A stretch of 61,018 nucleotides of DNA, filler included. It is 5 parts of 5 records of this genome, joined end to end, with 100 filler letters (N's around TTAATTAATTAA, not from the genome) between each part and the next. Parts side by side here need not be neighbours in the genome. Positions count along the whole stretch, not along the records: positions 1 to 20,903 come from SRR20825010_6394; positions 21,004 to 42,228 come from SRR20825010_6411; 3 more parts are not named here. One strand, 5' to 3'. The position numbers and the translations under genes are program-made. The notes below the pieces were generated by a model. The model searched no databases. It saw only the letters and a list, made by a program, of their open reading frames with translations, and was not told the origin of the DNA. Every line of letters starts with the position of its first letter. Position 1 is the stretch's first letter. This document shows positions 19,514 to 29,150 of the stretch, piece after piece.

Positions 19514-20585
19514 AGCCGCCCTCCTGACTTTCAAGGGCGCGAAGGCTATGGCGCACCGTATCCCGCAGGCGAGCAGCTTTGAGCATGGAATAGAGATAGC
19601 TGGCTGGATCTCGAACGCCTTGCCGATCGACAGCGACGACAACAGCCGCGAGTGCCGCCCATCCGTGTTTGTCAAGCGCCACGCGCCAGACAGCTGGCCT
19701 GAGTTTCACCTGATTGGTGAGGATCCATCTAACCGCGGACACGACGGACTGGATTGCGGCACCAGAGGGCTCCGGGCCGACCAATTCGCAAAGTTCTGCT
19801 GCGCTAAGCTGCTTTTGAAGGGACGGGGACGCCTGAACCATCAGGAACAGGATCTCCGTATCCACATCAATGTCGGAAATCGAATTGTTCGATCCCTGCC
19901 CAAGCGTAGCTTGCGAAGCCCCGCTTTGTACAAGGTTCGAAGAACCGGGATTTAGCTTGTAGGATTTACGGTGGACAGAAGAGTCCTCCCCCCCGGACTC
20001 TTTTTGCTCTTTGTTCTGACTGTCCTGTGCCTTCTTGCGGGCTTCCAGTCGCGCCAGATCGTCACGTTCCTGCCTCTTGCGTTCACGAGACGCTTCTATT
20101 TTTTCTTCAAGGAAGTTTTCCGCCTGTCGCAACTCATAGAGCCGAGCTGCAACCGGGCGCAGATCGATGCCGGCATTGCCTGAAGCACGGGTATTCGTCT
20201 CTGTGTAACGGCGAATAATCCAGTGATTGGCTTCAAGCAGGGCCAAAGCTCTGCGGATCGATCGTTCATTCTTGCCAGTGATTTCGGCAAGACGCTTGTT
20301 TCCAGGGAATACGGTGAGCCTTCCGGAGCGCCATGCTTTTTCGTCATAGACATGCTCTATCAGAACAATAAGCAGACGAACGGAAAGGTCTGTGAGGCAG
20401 GGTGATCTCTGGGCAATGGCACGAGAGACCAGCCCGACGACGGATGCTGTCGTGACATCGTTTGTGCCGTTAAAGCTGTCTGCGAGAGACAAGAGGTCCT
20501 TATAGGTATCTGTCCGTTCGGCGATACCTGTCCGGATTGCCTCCCAACCGGCATTGCAGCCGGATATGGATTCGGTCGTTGTCAT
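19506..20585 (-). CDS. repC: RepC-like replication initiator (winged HTH)
   Basis: VFPGNKRLA...RSIRRALALL...IIRR...GIDLRP N-terminal pattern and C-terminal VRDPASYL, typical of alphaproteobacterial RepC. Confidence 0.75.
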   Translation of the reverse strand: MTTTESISGCNAGWEAIRTGIAERTDTYKDLLSLADSFNGTNDVTTASVVGLVSRAIAQRSPCLTDLSVRLLIVLIEHVYDEKAWRSGRLTVFPGNKRLAEITGKNERSIRRALALLEANHWIIRRYTETNTRASGNAGIDLRPVAARLYELRQAENFLEEKIEASRERKRQERDDLARLEARKKAQDSQNKEQKESGGEDSSVHRKSYKLNPGSSNLVQSGASQATLGQGSNNSISDIDVDTEILFLMVQASPSLQKQLSAAELCELVGPEPSGAAIQSVVSAVRWILTNQVKLRPAVWRVALDKHGWAALAAVVVAVDRQGVRDPASYLYSMLKAARLRDTVRHSLRALESQEGGYA

Positions 20586-20633
20586 TCATCTTCGGCGAAG
20601 GCATAAAATCGCGATGTTTTGGCGCATTTGCGC

Positions 20634-20661
20634 TTGACAAAGCGGTCCCGTCACCTAAACT
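20634..20661 (+). promoter_or_regulatory. Sigma70-type promoter for antisense ctRNA
   Basis: TTGACA-N16-TAAACT pointing away from repC, within its leader. Confidence 0.6.
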
Positions 20662-20666
20662 GAAAC

Positions 20667-20731
20667 CCATATTTGACGTGGGCAGTTTAAGCCTTTCAAA
20701 GACCCGTTGGTGCCAGCCGACGGGTTTTTTG
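20667..20731 (+). ncRNA. Counter-transcribed RNA (ctRNA) antisense to the repC leader
   Basis: About 65 nt between the promoter and terminator ACCCGTTGG-tgccag-CCGACGGGT-TTTTT; same arrangement as repABC ctRNAs. Confidence 0.6.
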
Positions 20732-20873
20732 CTGTTTATAAGCTATTGAAATCGTTGGGATAAAATAGCCTCGTAGGCGCCGCCTCCTCTATAGGGCGAC
20801 GCCTCCGGGCATTTTTCTCTTGTCGGTAGAATCCCTGGAGTCTATATCTAAGACTTTCCAAGGAAGAGAAAAG

Positions 20874-20903
20874 TGGTTGCGGGGAGAGGATTTGAACCTC
20901 TGA
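20874..20903 (-). tRNA. 3' end of tRNA-fMet (T-arm, acceptor strand and CCA); partial gene or att duplication
   Basis: Reverse complement is TCAGAGGTTCAAATCCTCTCCCCGCAACCA; cut by the contig end. Confidence 0.8.
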
Positions 20904-21003
20904 NNNNNNNNNNNNNNNNNNNNNNNNNNNNNNNNNNNNNNNNNNNNTTAATTAATTAANNNNNNNNNNNNNNNNNNNNNNNNNNNNNNNNNNNNNNNNN
21001 NNN
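20904..21003. other. Artificial contig spacer
   Basis: 44 N + TTAATTAATTAA + 44 N. Confidence 0.99.
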
Positions 21004-22904
21004 GGTCGGTACAGAGCGGAGGTGGCGATAATATCTTCGAACTTGTCCGGTTTCATTTTGGTCAGCAGGTCACGCATCCCGCCACTTTCCAGCTGGAAGA
21101 TCCCTTTGGTTTCTCCTCGCTGGAGCAGTTCGAAGGTTTCTTGATCATCCAGGGGGAGCTTATGCGGGTTGATATCGATACCGCGATGTTTTTTGACGTT
21201 TTGAACGGCTTTGTCCAGAATCGTCAGGTTGCGCAGACCCAGGAAGTCCATCTTGAGCAGCCCCACCGATTCGACGGTTGGACCATCCCATTGTGTAATG
21301 ATGTCGGTCTTGCCGGTAATGGACTGCAGCGGAACAACTTCGGAGAGAGGCAGGTCCGCCACCACGACGCCTGCCGCGTGTGTGCCTGCACTGCGGCATA
21401 GACCTTCCAGCTGCATGGCGAGATCGAGCAGTCGTTTGATCTCTGAATCCTGGTCGTAGGCAGATTGCAGATCGGGGCTTTCTTTTAGCGCGTCTTTCAG
21501 TTTGATTCCCAGTGATTCCGGGATCATCTTGGCGATCTCATTGACCCGTGCCAGGGGAACCCCGAGGGCACGCCCTACGTCACGGATCGCCGCTTTGGCT
21601 TTCAAAGTCCCAAAGGTGCCGATCTGTGCCACACTTTTCTCGCCATACTTCTGCTTGGTGTAATCGATCACCAGCTGGCGTCGGTCACGACAGAAGTCGA
21701 TATCGATATCGGGGGGTTCCGTACGACTGGGATCAAGAAATCGTTCAAACAGCAGGTCATACTTGAGCGGGCATACCTGGGACATCCCGAGTAGAAATGC
21801 GACGATGGCGCCACACGCTGATCCACGAGCCGTACAGGGGATTCCTTCGTTTTCGGCAAACTGTACGAAATCCCAGACAATCAGGAAGTAACTGGAATAG
21901 CCCATTTGTTCGATCACGCCGAGCTCGAGATTGAGTCGATCCCAGTGTGCCTGCGTCAGTTCGTCACCGTATTTTATTGGGAGACGCTCTTCACAGAGTT
22001 TTCGCAGGTATTGGGTGTCGGTCAAATTATCTGGTGGCTGGAATACCGGGTAGAACTTTTTATCCGACATCTGGATGTCGACCCGTTCCGCCAGTTCCTG
22101 TGTTCGGGCGACCGCATCTTCAAGTCCGGGGAAGGCATTATACATCTCTTCCTGTGTCCGCACAAAGAACTGGTCGCCGGTCATCTTCATGCGTTTTTCA
22201 TCGCTGACAACGGCACGTGTACTCACACAGAGTAAGACATCCTGCGCTTCGGCATCTTTTTGATCGACATAGTGCGCATCATTGGTCGCGACGAGAGGCA
22301 GTCCCATGCGGTTAGCCAGATCGACGGTTCCTTCCAGGCACTGTCGCTGTATTTCCAGACCTGCATTCTGTATTTCCATATAGACCCGGTCGCCAAACAC
22401 TTTTTCATACCAGGCGCATAATTTTTCCGCTTCTTCCCAGTCTTCTCCCAGAATACGGTGTGACAGTTCACCGGCAGCACAGCCTGTCAGCAGGATCAGT
22501 CCTTCACTGTGCGCCTCCAGAATTTCCTTGTCGATACGGGGTTTGTAATAGAAACCTTCCAGGTAGGATGTGGACGAGAGTTTGATCAGGTTTTCGAACC
22601 CCTGTCGATTCTGTGCCAGCAATGTCAGGTGAAAACTGGCTTCTTTCATCCTTGAAGCCCCTTTTTCGAAGCGGCTCCGGGGGGCGATATACGCTTCCAG
22701 TCCCAGGATGGGATTTACGTCCTGACTGCGGCATTGGTGATAGAAGTCCATCGCGCCATACAGGTTTCCGTGGTCGGTGATCGCGAGCGCATTCATGCCC
22801 GCCTCTTTGACTTTGCTCACCATTTCGGGGATGCGGCTGGCGCCGTCCAGCATACTGAAGTGAGTGTGACAATGCAGGTGAGCAAAAGGTCTGGGGTCGC
22901 TCAT
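21004..22904 (-). CDS. dnaE: DNA polymerase III alpha subunit (3'-truncated by contig end)
   Basis: HLHCHTHFSMLDG PHP domain, ARGSA, PDIDIDF, LLKMDFLGL. Confidence 0.97.
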
Positions 22905-23203
22905 ATTGTTCCGTGCTCCCGTTTTTATGGATGCCATCCAGGCAAAATACAGCTCAGGCTGTGAGAGATTTGTGATTTCAGGAAGCTGGAGAGGATTCTG
23001 CTACAGCATTCCATTCCCTGAGTGTATGGGGATTATCTGGTTTGTCAATCTACCAAAAGGCTCTTCACTTTTGGTTTTTGATATGTAATTTGATTGATGG
23101 CAGCAGGCTTGTATTTCACACCTTCGTTGCAGAAGTTTTCAGAAGAAAGAGGTGAGTTGCCACATCGTTCATCAAAGCTAAAACCAGCTTAGCGTCGATT
23201 TTT

Positions 23204-23494
23204 TCAACCGATCCAGAGATTGATATACCAGTTCACTCCATCCGATAGAGGGGGAATCAGGTCACAGGCTAACAGGAGTGGTGTGTAGAAAGCAGCGAAG
23301 AAAGGCGAACTCATTGAGTTAAATGAAGCGTACCACTTCCAGAATAAAGGGCCGATGGATAGCACATACAGGAGGAGAAAGACAGTGACTTGAATCGTGG
23401 AAGTGATAATGTACCGCCGCCATGACCACGGTTTCTGAACAGATTGCTGTTGATGGTCTGAATGATCAGGTGGCTGCATTTGTGTATTTTCCAT
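23204..23494 (-). CDS. Small membrane protein (planctomycete-type)
   Basis: LLYVLSIGP...FYTPL...YINLW pattern. Confidence 0.6.
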   Translation of the reverse strand: MENTQMQPPDHSDHQQQSVQKPWSWRRYIITSTIQVTVFLLLYVLSIGPLFWKWYASFNSMSSPFFAAFYTPLLLACDLIPPLSDGVNWYINLWIG

Positions 23495-23597
23495 GGATAC
23501 TATTCTAACTTTCAGCAATGGGGCAGGTCAATTGCCGGATTCCAACACTCAGTTGCATTCTCATGGATTTTACACAGAATTCTTACGCGGGGATGAA

Positions 23598-24602
23598 TTA
23601 TGGTAATTTATGATGAGTGCGAAACCATTCGATTGTAGCACTCATCGACTGCTGAAATGTTTTTTGTGGCTGATAATTCAGTTCCTGTTGTGCTTTTTGC
23701 GAACTGAAATCCAGGTTCAGTCCCAGGAACTTGATACGCGCCTGTGACAGGATCGGGGCCTGTTTTTTTCCCAGAAATCTCCAGAGGCCTTCCATCACGC
23801 GGGCCAGGTTTCTGGCGACAGGCAGGGGGACTACTTTCTCGGGTGGCTGGTACTCGGCCAGTTCTGCGATGGTGGAGATAAATTCGCGTTTACTGACCAG
23901 CGAGACATCTGTGATATTGTATGTCTGACTCAACGCGTCTTCATTGAACAGAGCCAGGAATATGGCATCGACCAGATGTTCGACGTAGGTATTATTCATC
24001 AGCTTTTCGGGACTGCCCAGGTACGCGAATCGACCGGATTTTAATCTCTCCAGGATGCGGGGCAGAACAGTCCGGTCACGGGGGCCATAAATGAATCCCG
24101 GACGTAGAACAGTGTAAGGAATGGAATGCTTCCGCAGCAGTTGTTCGGATTCAATTTTGCTTAATGTGTATCCATCGATGCCGGCAGCATGGGGAGGCTC
24201 TGTTTCGTCAGTGCCATAATGATCGCGGGCTTCGTAGACTCCCAGCGAACTGATGTGAATCAAATGTCTGATCAGACATTGTTCTTCGAGTGCCGTCAGC
24301 AGATTTTCTAAACCCTTGACGTTGGTGTTACGATATTCGTCGACAGTTCCCCAGTCACCTACTTTTGCTGCCGTGTGGACGACGATCGTTATGCCTGTCA
24401 GGACATCGCGCAGTGAATTTTTATCGGTTAAATCGCCTTCAATCAGCTCTGCGTCGAATTCTTTCAGGTACTTTGCCTGATCGAGAGAGCGGACCAGCGC
24501 GACCGTTGGTATCCCTGCCTCTCTTGCCCGTTGAATGACATGGCTGCCCACCAGACCTGTTCCCCCAGTCACAAGCAGTTTTTGTTCCGATTGAACGGTC
24601 AT
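23598..24602 (-). CDS. NAD-dependent epimerase/dehydratase (3-beta-HSD-like)
   Basis: VTGGTGLVG, YTLSK and LRPGFIYGP motifs. Confidence 0.9.
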   Translation of the reverse strand: MTVQSEQKLLVTGGTGLVGSHVIQRAREAGIPTVALVRSLDQAKYLKEFDAELIEGDLTDKNSLRDVLTGITIVVHTAAKVGDWGTVDEYRNTNVKGLENLLTALEEQCLIRHLIHISSLGVYEARDHYGTDETEPPHAAGIDGYTLSKIESEQLLRKHSIPYTVLRPGFIYGPRDRTVLPRILERLKSGRFAYLGSPEKLMNNTYVEHLVDAIFLALFNEDALSQTYNITDVSLVSKREFISTIAELAEYQPPEKVVPLPVARNLARVMEGLWRFLGKKQAPILSQARIKFLGLNLDFSSQKAQQELNYQPQKTFQQSMSATIEWFRTHHKLP

Positions 24603-24649
24603 GATTCTTTTCCTGTTTCAGAATTGGGAGAAGTCGCGAATTGAAAAAT

Positions 24650-25171
24650 TCAGAATGATTCCGTTTGCAGTTGGGCGATGATCTGTTTAGAACGTGGCCC
24701 CTGCCCCTGGAACCGAAATGTGCGAGCCGTTTGTGACGAGTGCTCTATATTGATTTGCAGCAGATCAGCAGGAAGGACTTCTCTGACTTTGTCGGCCCAT
24801 TCGATCAGACAGACGCCGTTCGAATATAGCAGGTCATCGGCTCCCAGTTCGAGAAACTCATCGGTATCCCGCAGGCGATAGGTGTCGAAGTGATACAGGG
24901 GTAGTCGTCCCTCGTATTCCTGAATCAGGACAAATGTCGGGCTGGTCACTTCCGCCGGATCTACGCCGAGTGCAGTGGCAATCGCCTGAACCAGACGGGT
25001 TTTGCCTGCTCCCAGGTTACCATTTAACGCGATGACTGTTCCCGGGGTCAGGTATTCTGCCAGCTTTTTTCCCAGGCGTTGTGTATCGAGTTCACTGGTT
25101 GATTCAAAAGTCCACTCAATTTCAGATTGCAACGATGATTCTCTCGGTAAAGATTTATTTTGAATACTCAA
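24650..25171 (-). CDS. tsaE: tRNA t6A biosynthesis ATPase TsaE
   Basis: GNLGAGKT, VTSPTF, HFDTYRL and LIEWA motifs. Confidence 0.95.
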   Translation of the reverse strand: MSIQNKSLPRESSLQSEIEWTFESTSELDTQRLGKKLAEYLTPGTVIALNGNLGAGKTRLVQAIATALGVDPAEVTSPTFVLIQEYEGRLPLYHFDTYRLRDTDEFLELGADDLLYSNGVCLIEWADKVREVLPADLLQINIEHSSQTARTFRFQGQGPRSKQIIAQLQTESF

Positions 25172-25350
25172 TGATTCTGATGGTATAGCTGGTTTTTGCA
25201 GATATCACAATACAAGCTGTTGCATGCGATACCAGGAAATGTATCAAAACAGCGGGACCATCCTGAGCAGGCGATTCGCATTCTGGTAACCTGCTCGGTA
25301 GAATACCAGCTGACTTCTGACTTGAATTCCTGCCTTGAAGCTTTCCTGAA

Positions 25351-26547
25351 ATGTCCCATGCCTATCGTAGCCTGATTTGCCTCACACTCACGCATATCAT
25401 TGTTGATGCTTCAGCAATTGTGGTGGGCCCTTTGTGGGGAGAGCTGGAACGGGTTCATGCCCTGACAGAGAATTCACTATTCCTCGTACTGACCATTCAT
25501 GCGCTGGCTTCTTCGCTGGCCCAGCCCGTGTTTGGGTACATCCGTGACCGATACCCTATCAAATCCATCTTATTGCTCGGACCACTTCTGGGGGCAGTGA
25601 TGATGCCGCTGGTCGGGCCGGCGAACAGTATCTTTCTGCTGTGTGTCGCTTTATTGCTGGGGGGAATCGGCATCGGTTCTTTTCATCCGGAAGCGGCAGT
25701 GGTCGCAGGTTCCCTGATCCCGGAACGACGTACGCGAAGTCTGTCGCTCTTCATGTTTGGTGGTGCGATGGGACTGGCGATCGGGCCGATCATCTGCGGT
25801 GCGATCGTTTCCACCTGGGGTCTGTCAAGCGTCTGGGTTCTGGCGCCTTTGTACGCCGGACTGATTCTTCTGCTTTATAAGATTGGTAAACCACCGGCGG
25901 CGTTATTTGAGCGAGATCGAAAAATAAAAGCGCAGTCGCTGTCACAAATGCTGGAAGGACGCGTGCCGCTGGCGCTGTTTCTGTTTATGGTCTGCTCACT
26001 CAGACTGGTTCCGAATATGGCGATGGATAAGCTGATTTCCTTCATTCTGAAAGACCAGGATGTATCTGCATTTCAGATTGGATTGATTCAGTCCGTCTTT
26101 CTGTTTTCTGCCAGTGCCGGGATGTTGCTGATGGCATTTCGATTCAAATCCGGACATGAGAAGTTATTCATGATTGCCTGTCCCCTGCTGGGAATTCCCC
26201 TCATGCTGGTACTGGGCTGGGAAGGATGTCCGACCTGGCTGATGACTCTGTTACTGATTCCCAGCGGTCTGATTTTGTGGGGGACGAGTCCCGCGATGGT
26301 TTCCTATTCGCATCAGCTGTTTCCGAAAGGAGGAGGTGTGGCGTCTGCGATTACCATGGGAATGGCGTGGGGTGGTGGCGGCATGATTCAGGCGAAGATC
26401 ACGAGTCATTTTGTCGCACTGGGGATGCCTCAGCGGGCATTTCATGCGATCATACCCTGTCTGTTGCTGGCAACGGTGGGGGCGATGCTGTTGCCTTCCC
26501 TGTCATCGGCTCGGAATTCTAAGACTGATACTGCCGAAAGCGTGTGA
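25351..26547 (+). CDS. MFS transporter (Fsr-like)
   Basis: QPVFGYIRDR and GIGSFHPE motifs; 12 TM segments. Confidence 0.88.
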   Translation: MSHAYRSLICLTLTHIIVDASAIVVGPLWGELERVHALTENSLFLVLTIHALASSLAQPVFGYIRDRYPIKSILLLGPLLGAVMMPLVGPANSIFLLCVALLLGGIGIGSFHPEAAVVAGSLIPERRTRSLSLFMFGGAMGLAIGPIICGAIVSTWGLSSVWVLAPLYAGLILLLYKIGKPPAALFERDRKIKAQSLSQMLEGRVPLALFLFMVCSLRLVPNMAMDKLISFILKDQDVSAFQIGLIQSVFLFSASAGMLLMAFRFKSGHEKLFMIACPLLGIPLMLVLGWEGCPTWLMTLLLIPSGLILWGTSPAMVSYSHQLFPKGGGVASAITMGMAWGGGGMIQAKITSHFVALGMPQRAFHAIIPCLLLATVGAMLLPSLSSARNSKTDTAESV

Positions 26548-27015
26548 TGAAAGATGCACTCGACACCTGAAAAAAAGTGTTTTGAAGTTGTTTTCAACTT
26601 TTTTTCGAAAATGTGGGAGCTTAACCTCTGAATCCCTATTCGGAAGTGGATGGCGACACAACATGTAGTATGCGGGTCTGCTGAGACTGAAATATTCGCT
26701 CAAAATGATCGATTCGCTGGACAGCATGCTGGGGGGGCACTAAGATCCGCTCACTCAAGTGATTTGAAAAGTTGAAAATACAAATCATTTGGAGTTACTG
26801 TAAATGATCAGTAGCAGACGGACCGAAGGAACGGACCGCTAAAAGAGAATGGATTCTATTTCAAAACGTTCGATCAGGGGGGATTTTCATCCGCTCGAAC
26901 GCACTTCGAATGCGAATCTCTACGCAAACCGCTTCCTTCCATCCGCTGAATCTGGGGAATTCCCGTTATCCCCCATTTGTTTTTTGACCGCACAGGAAGT
27001 GCACTGAAGTGAAGG

Positions 27016-27789
27016 ATGGATTCGATGTCTAAAAAACCCTTGATTGGAATTACTGGAGACTTTCGCCCCGAGCAAAAAGAGTCTCAGGCTTTAAGCTGGT
27101 TCTTTACCGGATACTATGATTCTGTAACCAACGCCGGTGGTATTCCCGTGATGATGCCTCCCCTGGCAGATGACGATGATTTGAAACAGTTTCTGGAGCA
27201 GCTGGATGGCCTGATTCTTTCCGGTTGTGCGTTAGACCTGGATCCAATCCGTCTGGGATTTGAAAAACACCCCGCTTCCCGCGCCATGCCTTTACGCCGC
27301 GAAGACTTTGATCGTCGCGTCTGCACAATGGCAATGGAAATGAAAATGCCTCTGCTGGCGATCGGTTCGGGAATGCAATTGATGAATGTCATCAGTGGCG
27401 GCACACTGCATCAGCATGTGACCGAAGATGTTCCTGGTGCCATGTATCATCGTGATGGTGTGGAAGCCAACTTGCGTCATATCATCAATATCGAGCCTGG
27501 TACCCGTGTTGACAAAATGTACGGTCCTGGTGAAATTCGTGTGAACAGCCAGCATCATATGGCTGTGAAATATGTTTCAAAAATGTTTGTTGTTTCGGCA
27601 ACTGCTCCGGATGGTGTGATTGAAGCCATTGAAGTTCCCGATGAAGACTGGTTCTGCGTAGGCGTGCAGTGGCATCCCCAGAATCATTCCGCGTCCGCTC
27701 TGGATATGCAGGTCTTCGAAAACTTTCTGTCTGCCTGTGAAGAACCCGAGCCACAAATTCTCCAAATGCCTGTCCGCAAAGCTGCATAA
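27016..27789 (+). CDS. Gamma-glutamyl-GABA hydrolase/peptidase C26 family glutamine amidotransferase-like protein
   Basis: LDGLILSG, VNSQHH and GVQWHP motifs. The nucleophile region reads AIGSGMQ instead of GICRG. Confidence 0.85.
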   Translation: MDSMSKKPLIGITGDFRPEQKESQALSWFFTGYYDSVTNAGGIPVMMPPLADDDDLKQFLEQLDGLILSGCALDLDPIRLGFEKHPASRAMPLRREDFDRRVCTMAMEMKMPLLAIGSGMQLMNVISGGTLHQHVTEDVPGAMYHRDGVEANLRHIINIEPGTRVDKMYGPGEIRVNSQHHMAVKYVSKMFVVSATAPDGVIEAIEVPDEDWFCVGVQWHPQNHSASALDMQVFENFLSACEEPEPQILQMPVRKAA

Positions 27790-27878
27790 CCCACAGATGG
27801 GTTATCGGCGGCGTTCCTGTCTATTGAGGGTAGCCGGGAGTCGCTTCAGCTTTGTGTCATCGTGATACGATGAACTCG

Positions 27879-27913
27879 AAATCGGCAAGTCATTACGACT
27901 TGCCGATTTTTTT
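27879..27913 (+). terminator. Intrinsic terminator
   Basis: AAATCGGCAAGTC-attac-GACTTGCCGATTT followed by a T run. Confidence 0.8.
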
Positions 27914-28115
27914 CTTTAACGGTCAGGCAGTCGGAAAATTTGAACTTGTACCGGTTATTCTGACGATAACGATAGTATCCAACTCGAAATTTAACGGGAA
28001 CTGACGACGAATTTAATTCGATCCCGTTTCGAGGATATTCTGTAACCCGCAATGAGAAAACGGTTTAATGCTACTGCCAGCGTTCGTTTTCCACGACTGA
28101 GCCCGAAATAATCAT

Positions 28116-28979
28116 ATGACGACTGCCCAATATAAGGTCGATCTCAATCTATACAGTGGTCCATTGGATCTGCTGTTATACCTGATTCGGCGGAATGAGC
28201 TGGACATTCTCGACCTGCCTGTCGCGTCCATTACGGCTTCGTTCAATGACTTTCTGGATGTGCTGGAACTGATTGATCTGGATCTGGTGGGTGATTTTAT
28301 CCTGATGGCCAGTACATTGGCCGAAATTAAAAGTCGGATGGTTCTGCCTCGTGCGGAAGAAGAAGAAATCGCGGAAGTCATTGATGATCCACGCAGTGAT
28401 CTGATTCAACAACTGCTGGAATATAAAAAATTCAAAGACGCCGCCAATGCACTGGAAGAACAGGCCGCGGAATGGCAGGAGCACTATCCCCGACTCTCAG
28501 ATGAGCGTCCCAAGTCAGGTAAAGATCCTTCAGAAGACCTGATTAAAGAAGTCGAGTTATGGGACCTGGTCAGTGCACTCGCACGTGTGGTCAAACGCAA
28601 AGAAGTGGAAGAGCAGTCAAGTATTACGTATGACGATACTCCCATCTCTACCTATGTAGAACGAATTGGTTCTCGTGTTCGTGTCGAACAACGCGTTACT
28701 TTCAGCAGTTTCTTTGAAGGTGAAAAAGTTCGCAGCCGGATTATTGGTATCTTTCTGGCGATTCTGGAATTGTTGCGACATCACCACTTTCGGGCAGATC
28801 AGCCTGTTGAGCATGGAGAAATCTGGGTACTGCCTCCCCTGGACGATACAGCCGAAGCGACCGAAACTACCCCGGATCAACAGGCGACTGAGGAAGAAGC
28901 AGACGTTACAGAATCTGCTCCTGAAGCTCAAATACAGCCGGAAACACCTGCAGAAGACGAATCGGAGCCGGAAGCGTAA
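28116..28979 (+). CDS. scpA: Segregation and condensation protein A
   Basis: YSGPLDLLLYLI, EIKSRMVLP and FLAILEL motifs. Confidence 0.93.
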   Translation: MTTAQYKVDLNLYSGPLDLLLYLIRRNELDILDLPVASITASFNDFLDVLELIDLDLVGDFILMASTLAEIKSRMVLPRAEEEEIAEVIDDPRSDLIQQLLEYKKFKDAANALEEQAAEWQEHYPRLSDERPKSGKDPSEDLIKEVELWDLVSALARVVKRKEVEEQSSITYDDTPISTYVERIGSRVRVEQRVTFSSFFEGEKVRSRIIGIFLAILELLRHHHFRADQPVEHGEIWVLPPLDDTAEATETTPDQQATEEEADVTESAPEAQIQPETPAEDESEPEA

Positions 28980-29150
28980 TCCGTTTTCCAGGTGTCCTTT
29001 TGCCAGAGTCCCACTTCTTTCACCGCAGTACAGTCGGACCCTTTCTTAATAGTACGTCGACGCTCTACAATACAGACTGAGAGTCTATTTTCCGTCTGTG
29101 TGCCCGGTCAGTTTTACTGCAGTGGCTGAATCTGGAGACTGCGAGCGAAC

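Larger units (their letters stand above)
1..20873. mobile_element. Integrated plasmid-like element/genomic island adjacent to a tRNA-Met 3' end
   Basis: repC, parA/RHH, FinO-like, SprT, nuclease, umuC and cargo genes abut a tRNA 3' end; no integrase is visible in the window. Confidence 0.7.
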
